Virus record (IMG/VR): IMGVR_UViG_3300033405_000003
DNA: 64,000 bases
Direction: 5' to 3' (one strand)
DNA from: a virus
Taxonomy: Duplodnaviria > Caudoviricetes
The first letter of the stretch is position 1, and each line of letters opens with the position of its first letter. The notes beneath the pieces were generated by a model. The model was not told where the DNA came from. It worked only from the letters and a program-made list of their open reading frames with translations, and did not search any database. The position numbers were made by a program, and so were the translations under genes. This document shows positions 20,150 through 31,969 of this stretch, piece by piece.

Positions 20150-20947
20150 ATGAACCGTCCGCCCTACAGGCAACCGCCGCCGTACCCGCCGCAGCCATAC
20201 CCCCAGCAGCCGCAGCCGTACGGCCCGCCCGGCCAGTACCCGCCGCCCCCGCCGCAGCTCCCGCCGTCCGGGACCGTGGCCGCGGTCGCGTCGGTCACGC
20301 ACGCGCTCGTCGGGCAGAGCGAGCGGCGTTCCCTCGCGCACTTCGAGCAGATCGAGAAGTTCGGGCACGGCCTGCAGGACCTCCGCGCGGAGTGCCACGC
20401 GACGCTCACCGCGATGCGCGTCGACCCGCAGCGCGCGCAGCTCTTCGGCGAGTACCTGAACGCCATCCACGGCGAGGCGGAGGCGATCCGGAAGAACCTG
20501 CTCGAGGAGGCGGCGCAGCTCGAGAAGAACCTCCAGGCGTCGTACAGGCGCCTGCTCGACTACGGCCTGCCGATGATCATCTCTCAGGAGCCGATCGCCC
20601 CACCGCCGGCGATGGTCGACCCGCGAGACCCGCGCTTCGGCCGCGAGATGTTCGGGCCGCCGCCCGAGGCGCGCCCGCAAGCCGCCCCACGCCGCGCCCC
20701 AGCCCAGCCGCGGGTCATCCAGGGATCGCCGCCCCCGATGCCGGCGCGCGCCCCGGCGCCGAGACCCGAGCCGAAGCCCGAGGGCGTCACGCTGCCGCCC
20801 GCGGCGGCCTTCTCCGCGTTCGCGCGGCCAGCCGCGAAGCGCCCGGCTGCCCCCGCCGAGAAGGCGAAGGCGAACGGACCGGCCGCGCCCACCGCGCCGC
20901 CGGAGAGCGCGGAGAGCGAGAAGAACGACGGCCCGTCGCCGTCGTGA
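20150..20947 (+). CDS. Pro/Gln-rich hypothetical protein
   Basis: helical core with P-rich ends. Confidence 0.6.
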   Translation: MNRPPYRQPPPYPPQPYPQQPQPYGPPGQYPPPPPQLPPSGTVAAVASVTHALVGQSERRSLAHFEQIEKFGHGLQDLRAECHATLTAMRVDPQRAQLFGEYLNAIHGEAEAIRKNLLEEAAQLEKNLQASYRRLLDYGLPMIISQEPIAPPPAMVDPRDPRFGREMFGPPPEARPQAAPRRAPAQPRVIQGSPPPMPARAPAPRPEPKPEGVTLPPAAAFSAFARPAAKRPAAPAEKAKANGPAAPTAPPESAESEKNDGPSPS

Positions 20948-21883
20948 TTTCTCACGAATTGGACTAGGACGCCGGTTGAGTGAGATCCTCGGCGGAGCCG
21001 AGATGCGCAGGAGCAAGATCCATGGACGACACCAAAAAAGAAGCGGCCTCGGCCAATACAGCGTCCCCGCCGGAAGCGGTCCCCGCCGCTGCCCGAGACG
21101 CCTCCGACAAAGCCGTCTTCTTCCGGCTCCTGCCGGGGCTCGCGGGGAGCTTCACGACCCAGTACAACGACGCCAAGACCATCAAGGACCTCGCGGTGCA
21201 GCTCGCGCGCGAGGAGACCGGTAGGCTCGCGGGCTTCGGCATCTGCAGGCTCGAGACGGTGTGCGCGGACGGCCAGGCCCTCGGGCTGCCGTCGCAGCCG
21301 TCGCCGCACGTGGCGGTGGCGCGCCCGCAGCCGGCGCCGCCGAGCGCCCAGCTCGAGGACGGGTCGCCCCCGCTCGCGAACACGAACGGCCGCGGGCTCC
21401 AGGGCCAGATGGTCGCCCACTTCCCGACGAACAACGTCACGAAGATCCAGGGCCTCTAAGGCGCAATTCTCATTGATTGAGAATTCGCCAGCCGAGGATC
21501 CGCTCCACTTGGTCTTCCAGGAGATGGCGGGCCTGCTCATCGAGCTGCACGCCAAGATCGCGGAGCGCGTGAAGGACCTCCCGGACGAGGAAGTCCTCCG
21601 CCTCGCGGAGGCGTGCGACAAGGAGAGCGAGCCCGGCGAGAGTCCGTTCGATGCCGGGTCCAGCAAGAACTTCCCGATGCCCGAGTGGGCCGAGGTCGCC
21701 AAGGTGCTCCGGAAGGAAGTGTGGCTCCGGCGCGCGCGCCGCGCGGCCGACAAGCACATGGCCGAGACCGGCGAGAGTTACTACTGCGTCTCGGATCACC
21801 TGGACGAGCTTGCCACCCACAAATAAGGAGACGAGGACTGGCCGCCGTTACCGCGCCAAAACCCGCCGTGGTACGCTAGGCCC

Positions 21884-22309
21884 ATGACCCGTCGCGCCGG
21901 GAAAGAGGGCGAGGTGCCGTTCGTCATCAAGGAGGCGGGCAAGGCAGTCGAGCGCGACGTGAAGCCGACCATCAACTTGCTCGGCAAGCTCCTCTTCGAG
22001 AACTGGCCGAGGCCGGAACCGCCCCCGCCACCGCCCGCGCCGCGCGCCCAGAACGGGCCCGCGATCCCGAGCAAGCCCAAGGCCGTGCGCCTGCCCGCAT
22101 CGCAGGGACTCGTCATCCGGCAAGTGCGGGAACCCGGCCACGGCCCGCCGCCGTCGGCTGACCCCCCGGTCATCCTCGACGCCGAGATCATCGAGGAGCG
22201 CCCCGGCGCGCCGAACAATTCGCCAATTTGTGAGACGTGCGGGGGCGCTGGTAGGCTTGGGAGGCCTGGGCACGAAGTGCCCTGTCCCGTTTGCAATCCG
22301 GCGCGTTGA
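21884..22309 (+). CDS. Pro-rich protein with C-terminal Zn finger
   Basis: CETCGGAG...CPVC; extended -10 TGGTACGCT upstream. Confidence 0.55.
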   Translation: MTRRAGKEGEVPFVIKEAGKAVERDVKPTINLLGKLLFENWPRPEPPPPPPAPRAQNGPAIPSKPKAVRLPASQGLVIRQVREPGHGPPPSADPPVILDAEIIEERPGAPNNSPICETCGGAGRLGRPGHEVPCPVCNPAR

Positions 22310-22339
22310 GCCGTCGCCGGTCCCCGATAGGAGACGACG

Positions 22340-22807
22340 ATGTCAACAGTCCGCCAGATGCTCCCCAAGTTCGCAGAGCCCTTCACTGAGATCGTCGTCG
22401 GCGCGGGCCTCGGCGCACTCGCCGCGAAGTTCATGTTGAAGGGCGACGCGACGACTGGCGCGCTGGTCGGCGCCGTCGCCGGCTACGGTGTCATGCTCTC
22501 GAAGGCGAAGGGCGCGTTCCCCTTCACCGCCGTCTCGGGCGAATACGTGGGCGATTCCGTGACGCAGTTCCCCACCTACCAGCAGGGATATGCCCAGCCG
22601 TACGGCGGGTACCAGCTTCAACAGCAACCCGTGCAGCCCGCGGGGCAAGAGATCATCGAAGAGGTCATCCCAGAGTACATCCCCGAAGGCGGCGGTGATT
22701 GGGATCGCTGGCGCCGCCGCGAGCGCGGTTGGGGTCGCGGCTACGGCCGCGGTTATGGGCACGGCGGCTGGGGTCATGGCGGCTGGGGTCACGGCTGGCG
22801 CCGCTGA
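22340..22807 (+). CDS. glycine-zipper membrane protein with GHGGW tail
   Basis: RBS AGGAG; GAGLGA/GALVGA helices. Confidence 0.65.
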   Translation: MSTVRQMLPKFAEPFTEIVVGAGLGALAAKFMLKGDATTGALVGAVAGYGVMLSKAKGAFPFTAVSGEYVGDSVTQFPTYQQGYAQPYGGYQLQQQPVQPAGQEIIEEVIPEYIPEGGGDWDRWRRRERGWGRGYGRGYGHGGWGHGGWGHGWRR

Positions 22808-23132
22808 TCGGAGTCAGCGTGGGCTTCGTCGGCAAAGGCCGCATCGTCTCCGAGCACCGCACCGAGCCGTGCGGGACACGCTCGCTCTGGCACGTGGTCC
22901 TCTTCATGGACGACGAGATCGGGCGCGAGCGCGCGGTCGGCGCCTCGAAGGACGATCTGGATCACGCGCGAGCGATCAAGGCGCGCTGGGAGAAGCTCAC
23001 GCTCGCTGATTTTGCACCCGCGCCGATCAAGACTTGGGGGATCGGCCAGCGCTCGAAGGACCGTAGGCGCTTCTGCCAGTAAGAACAGCTCCGTCAACCA
23101 CATCGAACCGAAAGAAAGGAAAAGGTACCATC

Positions 23133-23252
23133 ATGGCACGATACGTATTTACCCGGGCTCGTCGCGCGGCACTCAAGAGGGCGCAGAGGGCGTCGGCAGC
23201 CGCTCGTCGCGGTCACCACCGCCGCCGTGCGCATCACCGCAGTCACCGCTGA
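23133..23252 (+). CDS. 39-aa protamine-like Arg/His-rich peptide
   Basis: RBS AAGGA; MARYVFTRARRAALKRAQRASAAARRGHHRRRAHHRSHR; followed by a 14-bp hairpin. Confidence 0.6.
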   Translation: MARYVFTRARRAALKRAQRASAAARRGHHRRRAHHRSHR

Positions 23253-23257
23253 CGCGA

Positions 23258-23297
23258 CGAGCGACCTCCCGTTCTTCACTGACCGGGAGGTCGCTCG
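23258..23297 (+). terminator. strong hairpin (terminator or 3' stabiliser)
   Basis: CGAGCGACCTCCCG / CGGGAGGTCGCTCG perfect 14 bp; no immediate U-tract. Confidence 0.5.
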
Positions 23298-23342
23298 CCC
23301 TCAGGGTTTCTCGCGGTTTTGCATGCGTCTCGGAGGTGTGCC

Positions 23343-23558
23343 GTGCCGCTTTTCAAGGGCTACAGTCGGAAATCGATCTCGAAGAACATCCGCCTGCTCC
23401 GGCACGAGGGCCGGCCGCGCAAGCAGGCGATCGCCATCGCCCTGAACACCGCGCGCGTCTCGGCGCGCGAGGCAGGCAAGCGGCCCTTGTGGCTCGCGTA
23501 CAGGAAGAAGAAGCGCAAGCACGCGCACCGGCGCGCGCGGCACGCGCGGACGCGCTGA
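23343..23558 (+). CDS. small basic phage protein
   Basis: RBS GGAGG; PLFKGYSRKSISKNIR...RPRKQAIAIAL. Confidence 0.65.
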   Translation: MPLFKGYSRKSISKNIRLLRHEGRPRKQAIAIALNTARVSAREAGKRPLWLAYRKKKRKHAHRRARHARTR

Positions 23559-23981
23559 GGCGTCAGTCCTCCTCGTCGGAGGCCCCGATGGTGCGGAGGA
23601 TGATCTCGGCCGCCCTCTTGGCGTCGAGCGCCGCCTGCGCGAGGTTGTCGAGCTGGGGCTCGTACTTGCGCGGGTTCGACTCGTACAGGCTGAGCGAGTG
23701 CCGCATCTCCCTCGCCTGGCGCTCGATCTGCCCGATGTTCCGTTCGATCCGCACGAGTGACATGTCTCCGCTCGCCATAGGCACATCCTAACCAAGGCAG
23801 GAAAATCTTGCGACAGATTTACGAGCGAAGACGAAGGTATCGCTTCAAGAGGAACGCGGAAGGGGCGAACATCTCTCAGAAAGCGAGACACGACCGCGCC
23901 GGGCAAGATCCTTGCTTGTGGTCGCGGGCGCCGCGGCGATCGTCCTTGTGATCCGCGCAACCATGAAGTACGGCCGTTCGG

Positions 23982-24677
23982 ATGCAACAACTCGTCACCT
24001 ACATCCTGACCGCGATGCTCACCTGGATCCCGGTGCGCAACCTCACGCCGTACGGCGAGACCGAAGCCGAGGCGACGGCGCGCCTCCGCTCCGTGGCCGA
24101 GGACATCTGCATGGTGGCCCTCGACGCGAATGAACCGCCGGTCTTCGGGCGCGCCGACGGGCGCGTGAAGACAGCGCTCCTCGACGCTGCGGTCGCGAGC
24201 ATGGAGACGGGCTTCCAGAAGTTCGTGGACGACGGATCGTGCAACCGGCGCGGTTACCGGGCGGACCGGCGCGGCGACTGCGACGGCGGCCACGCCTTCA
24301 CGTTCTGGCAGCTCCACGTCGCCGGCAACGGCTACATCCTGCTCGAGGACGGCACGCTCGGCTCGGTCTTCTACTCGCCCGCCGCGATCGTGAAGTCGGC
24401 CCAGGACAAGGGCACTGTCATCCGCGGCCCCGAGCTTCTCGCGGACAGGAAGACGGCCATCCGCGTCGCCCAGCGCATCATGCGCGACTCGCTCAAGCAG
24501 CATAATTCCCTCTGCGCATACTCCGGCGAGAGCTGCGACGAGGGCGCGCACCCGAAGGCGAGCGTGAGGTTCGAGCGCGCGAGGACTTACCTCGCGCAGC
24601 ACCCGTTCACGGACGCGATCCCCGACCCCGTCGTGCTCAGCGCGAACACCGTGACGATGACGGCCGTTCACGACTGA
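23982..24677 (+). CDS. putative lysozyme-fold/lytic enzyme
   Basis: N-terminal hydrophobic segment; METGF..GDCDGG..FWQL resembles lysozyme-like E..G..Q motifs. Confidence 0.45.
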   Translation: MQQLVTYILTAMLTWIPVRNLTPYGETEAEATARLRSVAEDICMVALDANEPPVFGRADGRVKTALLDAAVASMETGFQKFVDDGSCNRRGYRADRRGDCDGGHAFTFWQLHVAGNGYILLEDGTLGSVFYSPAAIVKSAQDKGTVIRGPELLADRKTAIRVAQRIMRDSLKQHNSLCAYSGESCDEGAHPKASVRFERARTYLAQHPFTDAIPDPVVLSANTVTMTAVHD

Positions 24678-24737
24678 CGGGAAAATTCGTGCAGTTTGGC
24701 CGGCCGGCCCCGCGGCGGTAGACTCGGAGGAACCGTC

Positions 24738-24995
24738 ATGGCCTATCAGGGTTGGAAGAACTGGGAGACCTGGAACATCGCCTTATGGTTCGGCAACGAC
24801 GAGGGCCTCTACCGCACCGTGCTTGACTACCGGGGCAAGTTCAACTCCGCGAAGGCGAAGGACTTCGTCCTCGAGACGCTCCCGGAGGGCACGCCCGACA
24901 TGAAGGACCTCTCGCCCGGCAAGCTCCACACGGCCTACAGCATCGTGAGCTGGCGCGAGATCGCGGACGCGTTCAACGAGATGAAGGGCGATTGA
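24738..24995 (+). CDS. phage-type hypothetical protein
   Basis: RBS GGAGG; YQGWKNWETWNIALWFGNDEGLY. Confidence 0.7.
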   Translation: MAYQGWKNWETWNIALWFGNDEGLYRTVLDYRGKFNSAKAKDFVLETLPEGTPDMKDLSPGKLHTAYSIVSWREIADAFNEMKGD

Positions 24996-25439
24996 TGTCC
25001 GTCCCGCGCTTCCGAGCCTCGCTGCACAAGCCCCAGGTCGCTGACGACGCGCTCGCGGAGGGCTACCTCGCGCTCATCGCGTTCAAGGAGAGCCTCGACC
25101 TCATGGAGGAGCTGCCGGACGCCGAGTTGCACAAACTCTACAAGCAAACGATGAAGACGATCGATGCGGTCACGGAGGCATCGCAGGAGACCCATCAGTT
25201 CCGGTCGATGCTCCGACGCTACGTCGCGAGGTGAAAGGACTCACATGGATCCCGATGAGAATCTCCGCCAACAACTTCGGCTCGCGAAGAAGCTACTCGA
25301 TGCTTGGGACAACGAGACGCGCATTGATCGTGATGTCGCAATCAGGCTCGCCGAACGCGTCGAGGCGCTCGACGAATGGCTCTCGAAGGGCGGGTTTCTA
25401 CCGAAGCGCTGGGATCATGATCGCTGAACGAGGAACATT

Positions 25440-25670
25440 ATGAGGAGAACCCATCACCGCACTCACTCCCCGAACGTCAAGCGCGGGAGCGTCACGGTCA
25501 TCTGCCCGAGCCACGAGCGGGCGCACGCGCTCCGCCACGAGCTGGACAAGATGGGCGCGCTCTCGAAGCGCAAGGGCCGCCGCGTCTCGACGACGGCGAC
25601 CGCGCACCAGATCGCGGCGGCGCGGCGGCGCGCGATGAAGCGGACCGCGCACCACGGACGCACGCGATGA
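25440..25670 (+). CDS. small basic Arg/His-rich protein
   Basis: RBS GAGG; R/H-rich termini. Confidence 0.55.
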   Translation: MRRTHHRTHSPNVKRGSVTVICPSHERAHALRHELDKMGALSKRKGRRVSTTATAHQIAAARRRAMKRTAHHGRTR

Positions 25671-26476
25671 ACCTCGCGAAAGCGGGCACGTACGCCGGGC
25701 TCGGGATGATGACGCTCGGCGCGGTCGGGCGAATCACCGGCCGGCTACCCGGGGCCGCCCCGAAGGAGGACCCGATGGGTAAGTACATCGACGAGGCGTC
25801 TGGGTCGCTCATCGTCTTTGGGTTCGCGATCGGGATGATCTCGATAGCGCTCTCGAAGACCGGGGAGAAGACTCGGTGATCCGCTCCAAGACGCTCGCCA
25901 CGCGGCTCGCGAAGGAGTGCCGCAGGTCGCTCAAGGCTTACCCGGCCTTCAGGAGCATCGGCGACGTGACTGAGCCGCTCCCCGGCTCCGGGGTCTTCCA
26001 GTTCATGATCTGGGGCGACAGCCTCCGACCGAGGGAACCCGGCAGCGGCTCGATCCAGAGCCGCGCCTACGTCATGGTCCAACCGATGCTCGACGTGCTC
26101 GTGGAGCACGACCAATACTTCCCCGACGAACTCCTCGAGTGCATCTTCCGGAACACCGAAGGGATCACGATTTCACGGGTCCAATCATGATGCTCCACAC
26201 CTGCCCTCCTCACTCCGTTCAGCGGGGCCCGGCCCGAATGCTTTCGCATTCGTGCATCAACACCGCCACGACCTCTGCGGCCGAACCCCCGCCGCTATGC
26301 CAAGCATGCCAGGAGATCTTCGCGGGGAAGCGCTGCGCCCACGAGGGCGGCCCGTGCCCGACGAAGGACGGCACGCCGCTCGGCGACGCCGGCGGCTGCC
26401 CGTGCGACCATTGTTACCCGAGGACGCGCGCGACCGGGCAGATGACGGTGAGCGATGAGTTCTTCAGGGCGAGCCC

Positions 26477-26959
26477 GTGAGCGGCACCCGCGACCCGCGC
26501 GAAGAACCGAGGGAGGGTGCCTTCAACGGCGATTTCCCCGAGGGGCTCGACGCGCGGGAGTACGCCAGGATCGCGGCGAAGGCCGTGGTCACCATGGAGT
26601 ACTCGATGGGCAAGCTCCTTCGCGAGGTATCGACCACGGGCGGCAAGGTCGATGCGCTCGACGCGCGCTTCACTGAGTTCCAGAAGGAGACGCACGCGAA
26701 TTTCGAACAGCTCGGCGTGATCCGCAAGCGCATCCGGACGGTGGAGAAAAAGGCCGTCCAGATCGAGAAGAAGGCCGGCGAGATCGAGAAAAAGGCTGTC
26801 GAGATCGAGGAGGAACTCGAGGACACGGCCGCGCGAGACCTACGGGCGTACAAACGCAAGTACAACTGGTGGAAGAACGGCGCGATCTCGGTGTTCGGGG
26901 TCATCGTCACCGGCGTCATCGTGCTGCTCATCGGGCACTACATCTTCCACATCGGGTGA
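26477..26959 (+). CDS. coiled-coil protein with C-terminal TM helix
   Basis: 3 x EKKA heptad repeat; C-terminal hydrophobic helix. Confidence 0.65.
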   Translation: MSGTRDPREEPREGAFNGDFPEGLDAREYARIAAKAVVTMEYSMGKLLREVSTTGGKVDALDARFTEFQKETHANFEQLGVIRKRIRTVEKKAVQIEKKAGEIEKKAVEIEEELEDTAARDLRAYKRKYNWWKNGAISVFGVIVTGVIVLLIGHYIFHIG

Positions 26960-26964
26960 CCGCC

Positions 26965-27369
26965 ATGGCTAAGTACTCGAACCGAGACCTGGAGGACTTC
27001 TTCGACGCGTACGTCGAGGCCGCGCTCGCCTTCACGAACGACGAAAGCACCGAGCAGGGCGGCGAGCCGCTCGACCGGAACTACGGTCCCGACGACCTCG
27101 CCCAGAGCGCCGAGGACGAGCTGGTCGTCCTCGCCAAGAAGTTCCTCGACAAGGCGTGGCCGCTGCTCGAGCAAGCCCCCAGCCGGATCAACGGCTACCC
27201 GTACCTCGAGATGGCGGGCCACGATTTCTGGCTCACGCACAACGAGTACGGCGCGGGTTTCGGCGACGGCGACTGGCCGGACGAGATCGACGACAGGCTC
27301 CACGACCTCGCGCAGAAATTCCCGACGGTGAACCTTTACGTCGGCGACGACGGGAAGATCTACACTTGA
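26965..27369 (+). CDS. acidic phage-type hypothetical protein
   Basis: AGHDFWLTHN..GAGF.DGDW motif. Confidence 0.7.
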   Translation: MAKYSNRDLEDFFDAYVEAALAFTNDESTEQGGEPLDRNYGPDDLAQSAEDELVVLAKKFLDKAWPLLEQAPSRINGYPYLEMAGHDFWLTHNEYGAGFGDGDWPDEIDDRLHDLAQKFPTVNLYVGDDGKIYT

Positions 27370-28689
27370 GGGTCCCATGTCCGTCTCGGCGCTGAGCCAC
27401 AAGAACCACGCGATCGCGCTCCGCGACCGGTGCGCGCGGCAGTTCGGGAGCGGCGGCGGCATCGCCGTGGGCGACGTCAGCAAACGCTACTCGCGCGGCA
27501 GCGACTACACGTTCGACATCGATGGGTACTCGAAGTTCGAGTTCCGCGGGCGGGAGCGCCACAAGATTATCTGGACGGCGCGGGTGCACGTGACGCCGCA
27601 GCACAATGTCGTGATCGAGGAGCTGGAGGGGAGCACCGAGCCCGTCCCCGCCGAGGCGCTCGCGTGCGCACTGGACGCGCTCCGCGCCGAGGATTACCAC
27701 GTGAGGAGCCGATGAACCCGAACACGCCGCACGCGCCCCTCAGCCCCGACCCCGCGCTCATCTGGTTCTTCGACTCGAGCAAGCAGCTCCTCGTCTTCCG
27801 CGACGCGGCCAGCAACGTCGTCGCCGCGTGGCCCGAGAACGCGATCATCAAGAGCGGCTGGAAGATGCTCGGCATCCGCGGCCTGCCGCGGGTGACCGTG
27901 AACGGATGACGGCGTGGCCCATGACCTCGTCGAGGCGCTGCTCTTTGCGGTCGAGAAAGCCGTCGACCAGCACGCCGGCCTCGTGCGCGAGAGCCACGCG
28001 AGCCTCGTCTTCACCCGGCACGCGCCGCGGTACTCGGTGACCGTGGACGCCCGCGCCCGGGGCTCGAGGAAGAAGCCGAGGGCGATCAGCGGCGCCGGTG
28101 ACACGCCCGAGGAGGCCGCCGAGGAGCTGGTCTCGCAGCTCGACACGTGGGAAGAAGAACTGCGATGACCCGCCGTCGCGTGGGCCCCGCCTACTACGGG
28201 CCAAAGAGCTACAAGGCCCTCGCCGAGAGGCTCCTCGACCAGTGCGTGATGCATCTGCGCGGGTCGTTCCGCGCGCGCCCCAAGCAAGAGGAGGAGTTCT
28301 TCTTCGAGGGGCCGTACTTCCAGGGCGACCCGAAGTACGGCACCGAGCGCGCGTCGTACGCCATCACGCATAGCGAGAGCGGCGCCCGCGTGTCCGTCGA
28401 TGTGAACCCCGACCTCACGCTCGTCGTCGACGCCGACCCGCGTTTCCCGAAGGAGGCGCTCCGGTGCCTCGACCCGGCGTTCAACGCGATGCTCGAGGGT
28501 TCGTCGTGGAGGAAGAAATGAAGCTGACGGAGACGGTGACGGTGACGCGTGAGGTGCCGATGCACATCAAGGACCTCGTGATGTTCGCGAAGTGGGTCGC
28601 GAAGACGCCCGCCGCCGCGCGCGGTCCCGCCATGCCCATGACGGACGAGGAGCTGATCGCCGCCGCGCGCGACTACTGGGAGAGCGCGC

Positions 28690-29118
28690 ATGGGGAGGAG
28701 TGACCTCGTCCTCGGGGGCATGCTCCTCGGCGTCGCCGGGTGGGCGGCCGAGAACGTCACCTCGGACGAGCCGCGCTATTCGGCGCTCTTCAAGGGGGCG
28801 CACGTGCCGTTCCTGCCTGTCTACGCGTTCGGCGGCGGCGCGTTCCTCGCGCTCTCGCCGCGCTTGCGCGATCTCCCGTGGTACGCGCGCGCCGCCGCGT
28901 ACGCCGCTGTGGGCTCCGCCGTCGAGTACGCCGGATGCGTCATCGACCGACGCGCGCTCGGGGCGTGCTCCTGGGACTACTCGGGCAACGCGTGCTCTCG
29001 ACCGGGCGCGGGGTGCGTGGATTTCGAGCACGCGGCGCTCTGGGGTATGCTCGGCCTGCTCGTCGAGAGGCTCCAGAGCGAGGAGACGACATGGCGCGGA
29101 CCAAGAAGTACGACGTGA
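28690..29118 (+). CDS. CmpB/TMEM229-like membrane protein
   Basis: GW..E, PFLPVY, VEY, WDYS, LWG motifs. Confidence 0.65.
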   Translation: MGRSDLVLGGMLLGVAGWAAENVTSDEPRYSALFKGAHVPFLPVYAFGGGAFLALSPRLRDLPWYARAAAYAAVGSAVEYAGCVIDRRALGACSWDYSGNACSRPGAGCVDFEHAALWGMLGLLVERLQSEETTWRGPRSTT

Positions 29119-30261
29119 TCATCACCGGCGAGCTTGGCCTCTACGAGATCGAGCCGCTCACGCGCGCCGCCAAGGCGTGGATGGACGAGAATCTCTCCGG
29201 CGGCGAGCGCACGAGGAAGGGCGAGTCGGTCATCTGCGAGGGCGGCGACAACTGCCGCGACATCGTGCGGGCGATGGATCGCGAGGGGCTCAAGGTCGAG
29301 ATGAACGGCGTCGACATGAGGGGCTTCGGCAAGCGATGACGAACGGGAACGGGAACGGGAAACGCGCGAAGCTCAAACTGATCGAGCGGCCATCAAGGAT
29401 TGGGCGGCTGACGGCATTCACGCCGCACGGGAAGAACCGGACACCATCAAGATCCACACGGCTGCGATCCACCATTTGATCAGCAAGCTCAAGACAGCAG
29501 TGGAGCGGGAGGCGCTAGAAGAATGACCAAGAAAAAAGTCCTGGTTGCCGCGAACGCCAAACCGGTCCATGCGTGGTTCGGCCTGAGCTACGCGAACTAT
29601 CTTGTTATGCCGCGCGCGGTGCTGCAGTCGATGCCGCCCGCGTGGCAGGAGAAATTCGTGAAGCTCCTCGCGGAGGCCGAGGCAGCGTGCGTGGACGCCG
29701 GCATCCCAGGACCCCCGTCTTACCGGGTGAGGGCGGTGGACGAGGAAGGCCGGTTCACGCGGGACGAGATCCCGCATTATCGGCACGCGCCGAACCTCTT
29801 CACGGAGCACTGAGATGAGCGAGAATCAACTGAGGGAGATCTTCGACCCGGCGATCTTCGACCAGGCCATCGCCCACCTCGAGAGGCTCCCCGTCGGTCA
29901 CACGTTGACGGAGGAGGACGTGGCCGCTTACCGCACCACGATGCGCGGGCTCGAGTGGCGCTTGCTCGAGTCGGCCAAGCACAAGAAAGAGTCATGGGAC
30001 GTCGCCGCGAAGGCGGCGCCATGAAAATCGAGGCCGCAGAGGTGATCGAAACGGCAGCGCTCATCCCCTGCGGGACGAGCACGCTCATGAAACCTGGTGT
30101 TATCGCACGCCTCAATGGCGAGATGCGCGCCGCGCTCTCCGCGATCAAGTCGGACGACGCGTGCATCCGGAGCCCGTCGCCGAAGACGCTCGCCTGGGCA
30201 CTCGGCCCGGAGCACCAGCGCGGGCACCGCTCCGGCCGTTGGCGGTGACCCGGGGTCCCCG

Positions 30262-30996
30262 ATGTCGATCCTCGAGCGCAAGGATATGGCGGATGAGTTC
30301 GTGGACACGGCCGAGGTCGAGGACCCCGCCTGCATGAGCCTCGAGAATGGCGACCCGCACGACGTCTTCCGTGACTACGTGCTCCCGAGGATCGAGGCGT
30401 CCCCGCGGGACGAGGCCTCGGCCGAGGTGCTTGCCGCGATGCGCGCGGGCAGGAGCTACCCCGACGCGGTGCTCGACGCGATCGAAGCGCTGCCCGGGTC
30501 CGCAACGAGGAGGATCCGTGCGTGGGTCGACGAGGCGCGCGGCACGCACGTCTATAGGTACGTGCGGTTCCACGGGGACTACGTGACGTACGGGCTCGTG
30601 CTCACGGCGGGCGGCCCGGAGGACAAAGCGATCGCGCGCGAGCGCATCGGCGAGCACTATCTCCCGGACGACTTCATCCGATATTGGAAATCATCGGACG
30701 CGATCAGGGACATCGCGAACCACTACCCGAAGCACGCGTGGCTGTTCGAGGAGAGCCCCTTCGTGAACATCGAGAGCAAGGGGGACTACGACGCGGCGAT
30801 CTTCGAGTTGAACATCGAGGGTGGCGGCTGGAGGAAACCGGGTCTCTACGACTTCCGCGACGAGCCGCCGTCGTACCACGGGACCGTCGACGAGTACGTT
30901 CGCGACGCCGTGAGGGCCGAAGCCGAGGACGTGCTGAGCAGCATGGACGAGGACGACATCAAGGACGTCTGCGGGCTGCTGCAGGACAGGAGGTAA
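30262..30996 (+). CDS. acidic hypothetical protein
   Basis: coding-like frame. Confidence 0.6.
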   Translation: MSILERKDMADEFVDTAEVEDPACMSLENGDPHDVFRDYVLPRIEASPRDEASAEVLAAMRAGRSYPDAVLDAIEALPGSATRRIRAWVDEARGTHVYRYVRFHGDYVTYGLVLTAGGPEDKAIARERIGEHYLPDDFIRYWKSSDAIRDIANHYPKHAWLFEESPFVNIESKGDYDAAIFELNIEGGGWRKPGLYDFRDEPPSYHGTVDEYVRDAVRAEAEDVLSSMDEDDIKDVCGLLQDRR

Positions 30997-31732
30997 GGGG
31001 ATCTACAACGACTACTACGCGACGCCGTGAAGTTCACCCGCGGAGCGGGTCCCACGGCCGCCAGAGCCCGCCGGGCTCGGGCTTCGATCCGGAGGCGGGC
31101 GCCGAGAGGGCGAGTCTCCGCGCGTCTTGTTCTTCCTGCCAGCGCCGGCACCGCGTCTCCATGTTACCCGAGCGCTCGCACTCCTCGTGGCGGCACTGCG
31201 TCCGCCACAGGCAGTCCGCGCACCCGCCGCCCTGCTTGCGCGGGCAGTCGACCGCCCAGTGGACGACCCGGGCCGCGTCGCCGTCGACCGCGACGCTCGC
31301 GTTCTGGACGTTCGACGAGTGGTTCGCCACGATCGCGGTGATCAGCTCGCCGGGCCGGATGGCGCCGAGATCCGCGCCCTCCCAGGGGAGGTTCGGGCGG
31401 GAGGCCCCGACCCAGACGTCGACGATCTCGCACGCCGCGGGCACGCCGGACGTCTGGACCTCGAGCCGAGGCCGACGGAGGATCAGCAGCGCCTCCGACC
31501 TCATCGCGATCCTCACCATGGAGTGAAGGGGGACCGTGACCGGCCCGATCCGGAGGATGCCCATCGCGCCCGCGACGACCTCGTAGCCGATGGGCGGCAT
31601 CGGGAGCTGCGCGGCGAGATCGAGGACGACGCTACCCACGCCATGATTTTGCCCCGCGCGGGCGCCGCCATCAACGTTCACGAATCCATTCAATTTGGCG
31701 CCAACGGCAGTCTGCCGTATGCTGCCGGAAAG

Positions 31733-31969
31733 ATGGCCACCAAGAAGAACGGCGCCCGCGCCGGGAAGAAGTCGAAACGCGGCAGCAAGTTCACGATGCT
31801 CCTGTCGCGCGACGAGCAGGCGCAGCTCCACGAGCTTGCCGCCCACAGCGGCGTGCCCGCCTCGGTCTACCTCCGCATGCTCATCCGGAACGTGCACAAG
31901 GACTCGCTCACCGAGCTTCAGGACGGGCGGGTCGCCCGCATGGACGCGAGGCGGGCGAACGGGGCGTAG
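31733..31969 (+). CDS. ribbon-helix-helix (CopG-like) protein
   Basis: FTMLLSRDEQAQLHELAAHSGVPASVYLRMLI. Confidence 0.65.
   Translation: MATKKNGARAGKKSKRGSKFTMLLSRDEQAQLHELAAHSGVPASVYLRMLIRNVHKDSLTELQDGRVARMDARRANGA

Noticed and set aside
23850-23895. Glycine-riboswitch-like text (CGCGGAAGGGGCGAA...CTCTCAG)
   Set aside because: The CC/GG closing pair and upstream GGAGA motif are absent and the downstream gene is unrelated; an Rfam scan would settle it
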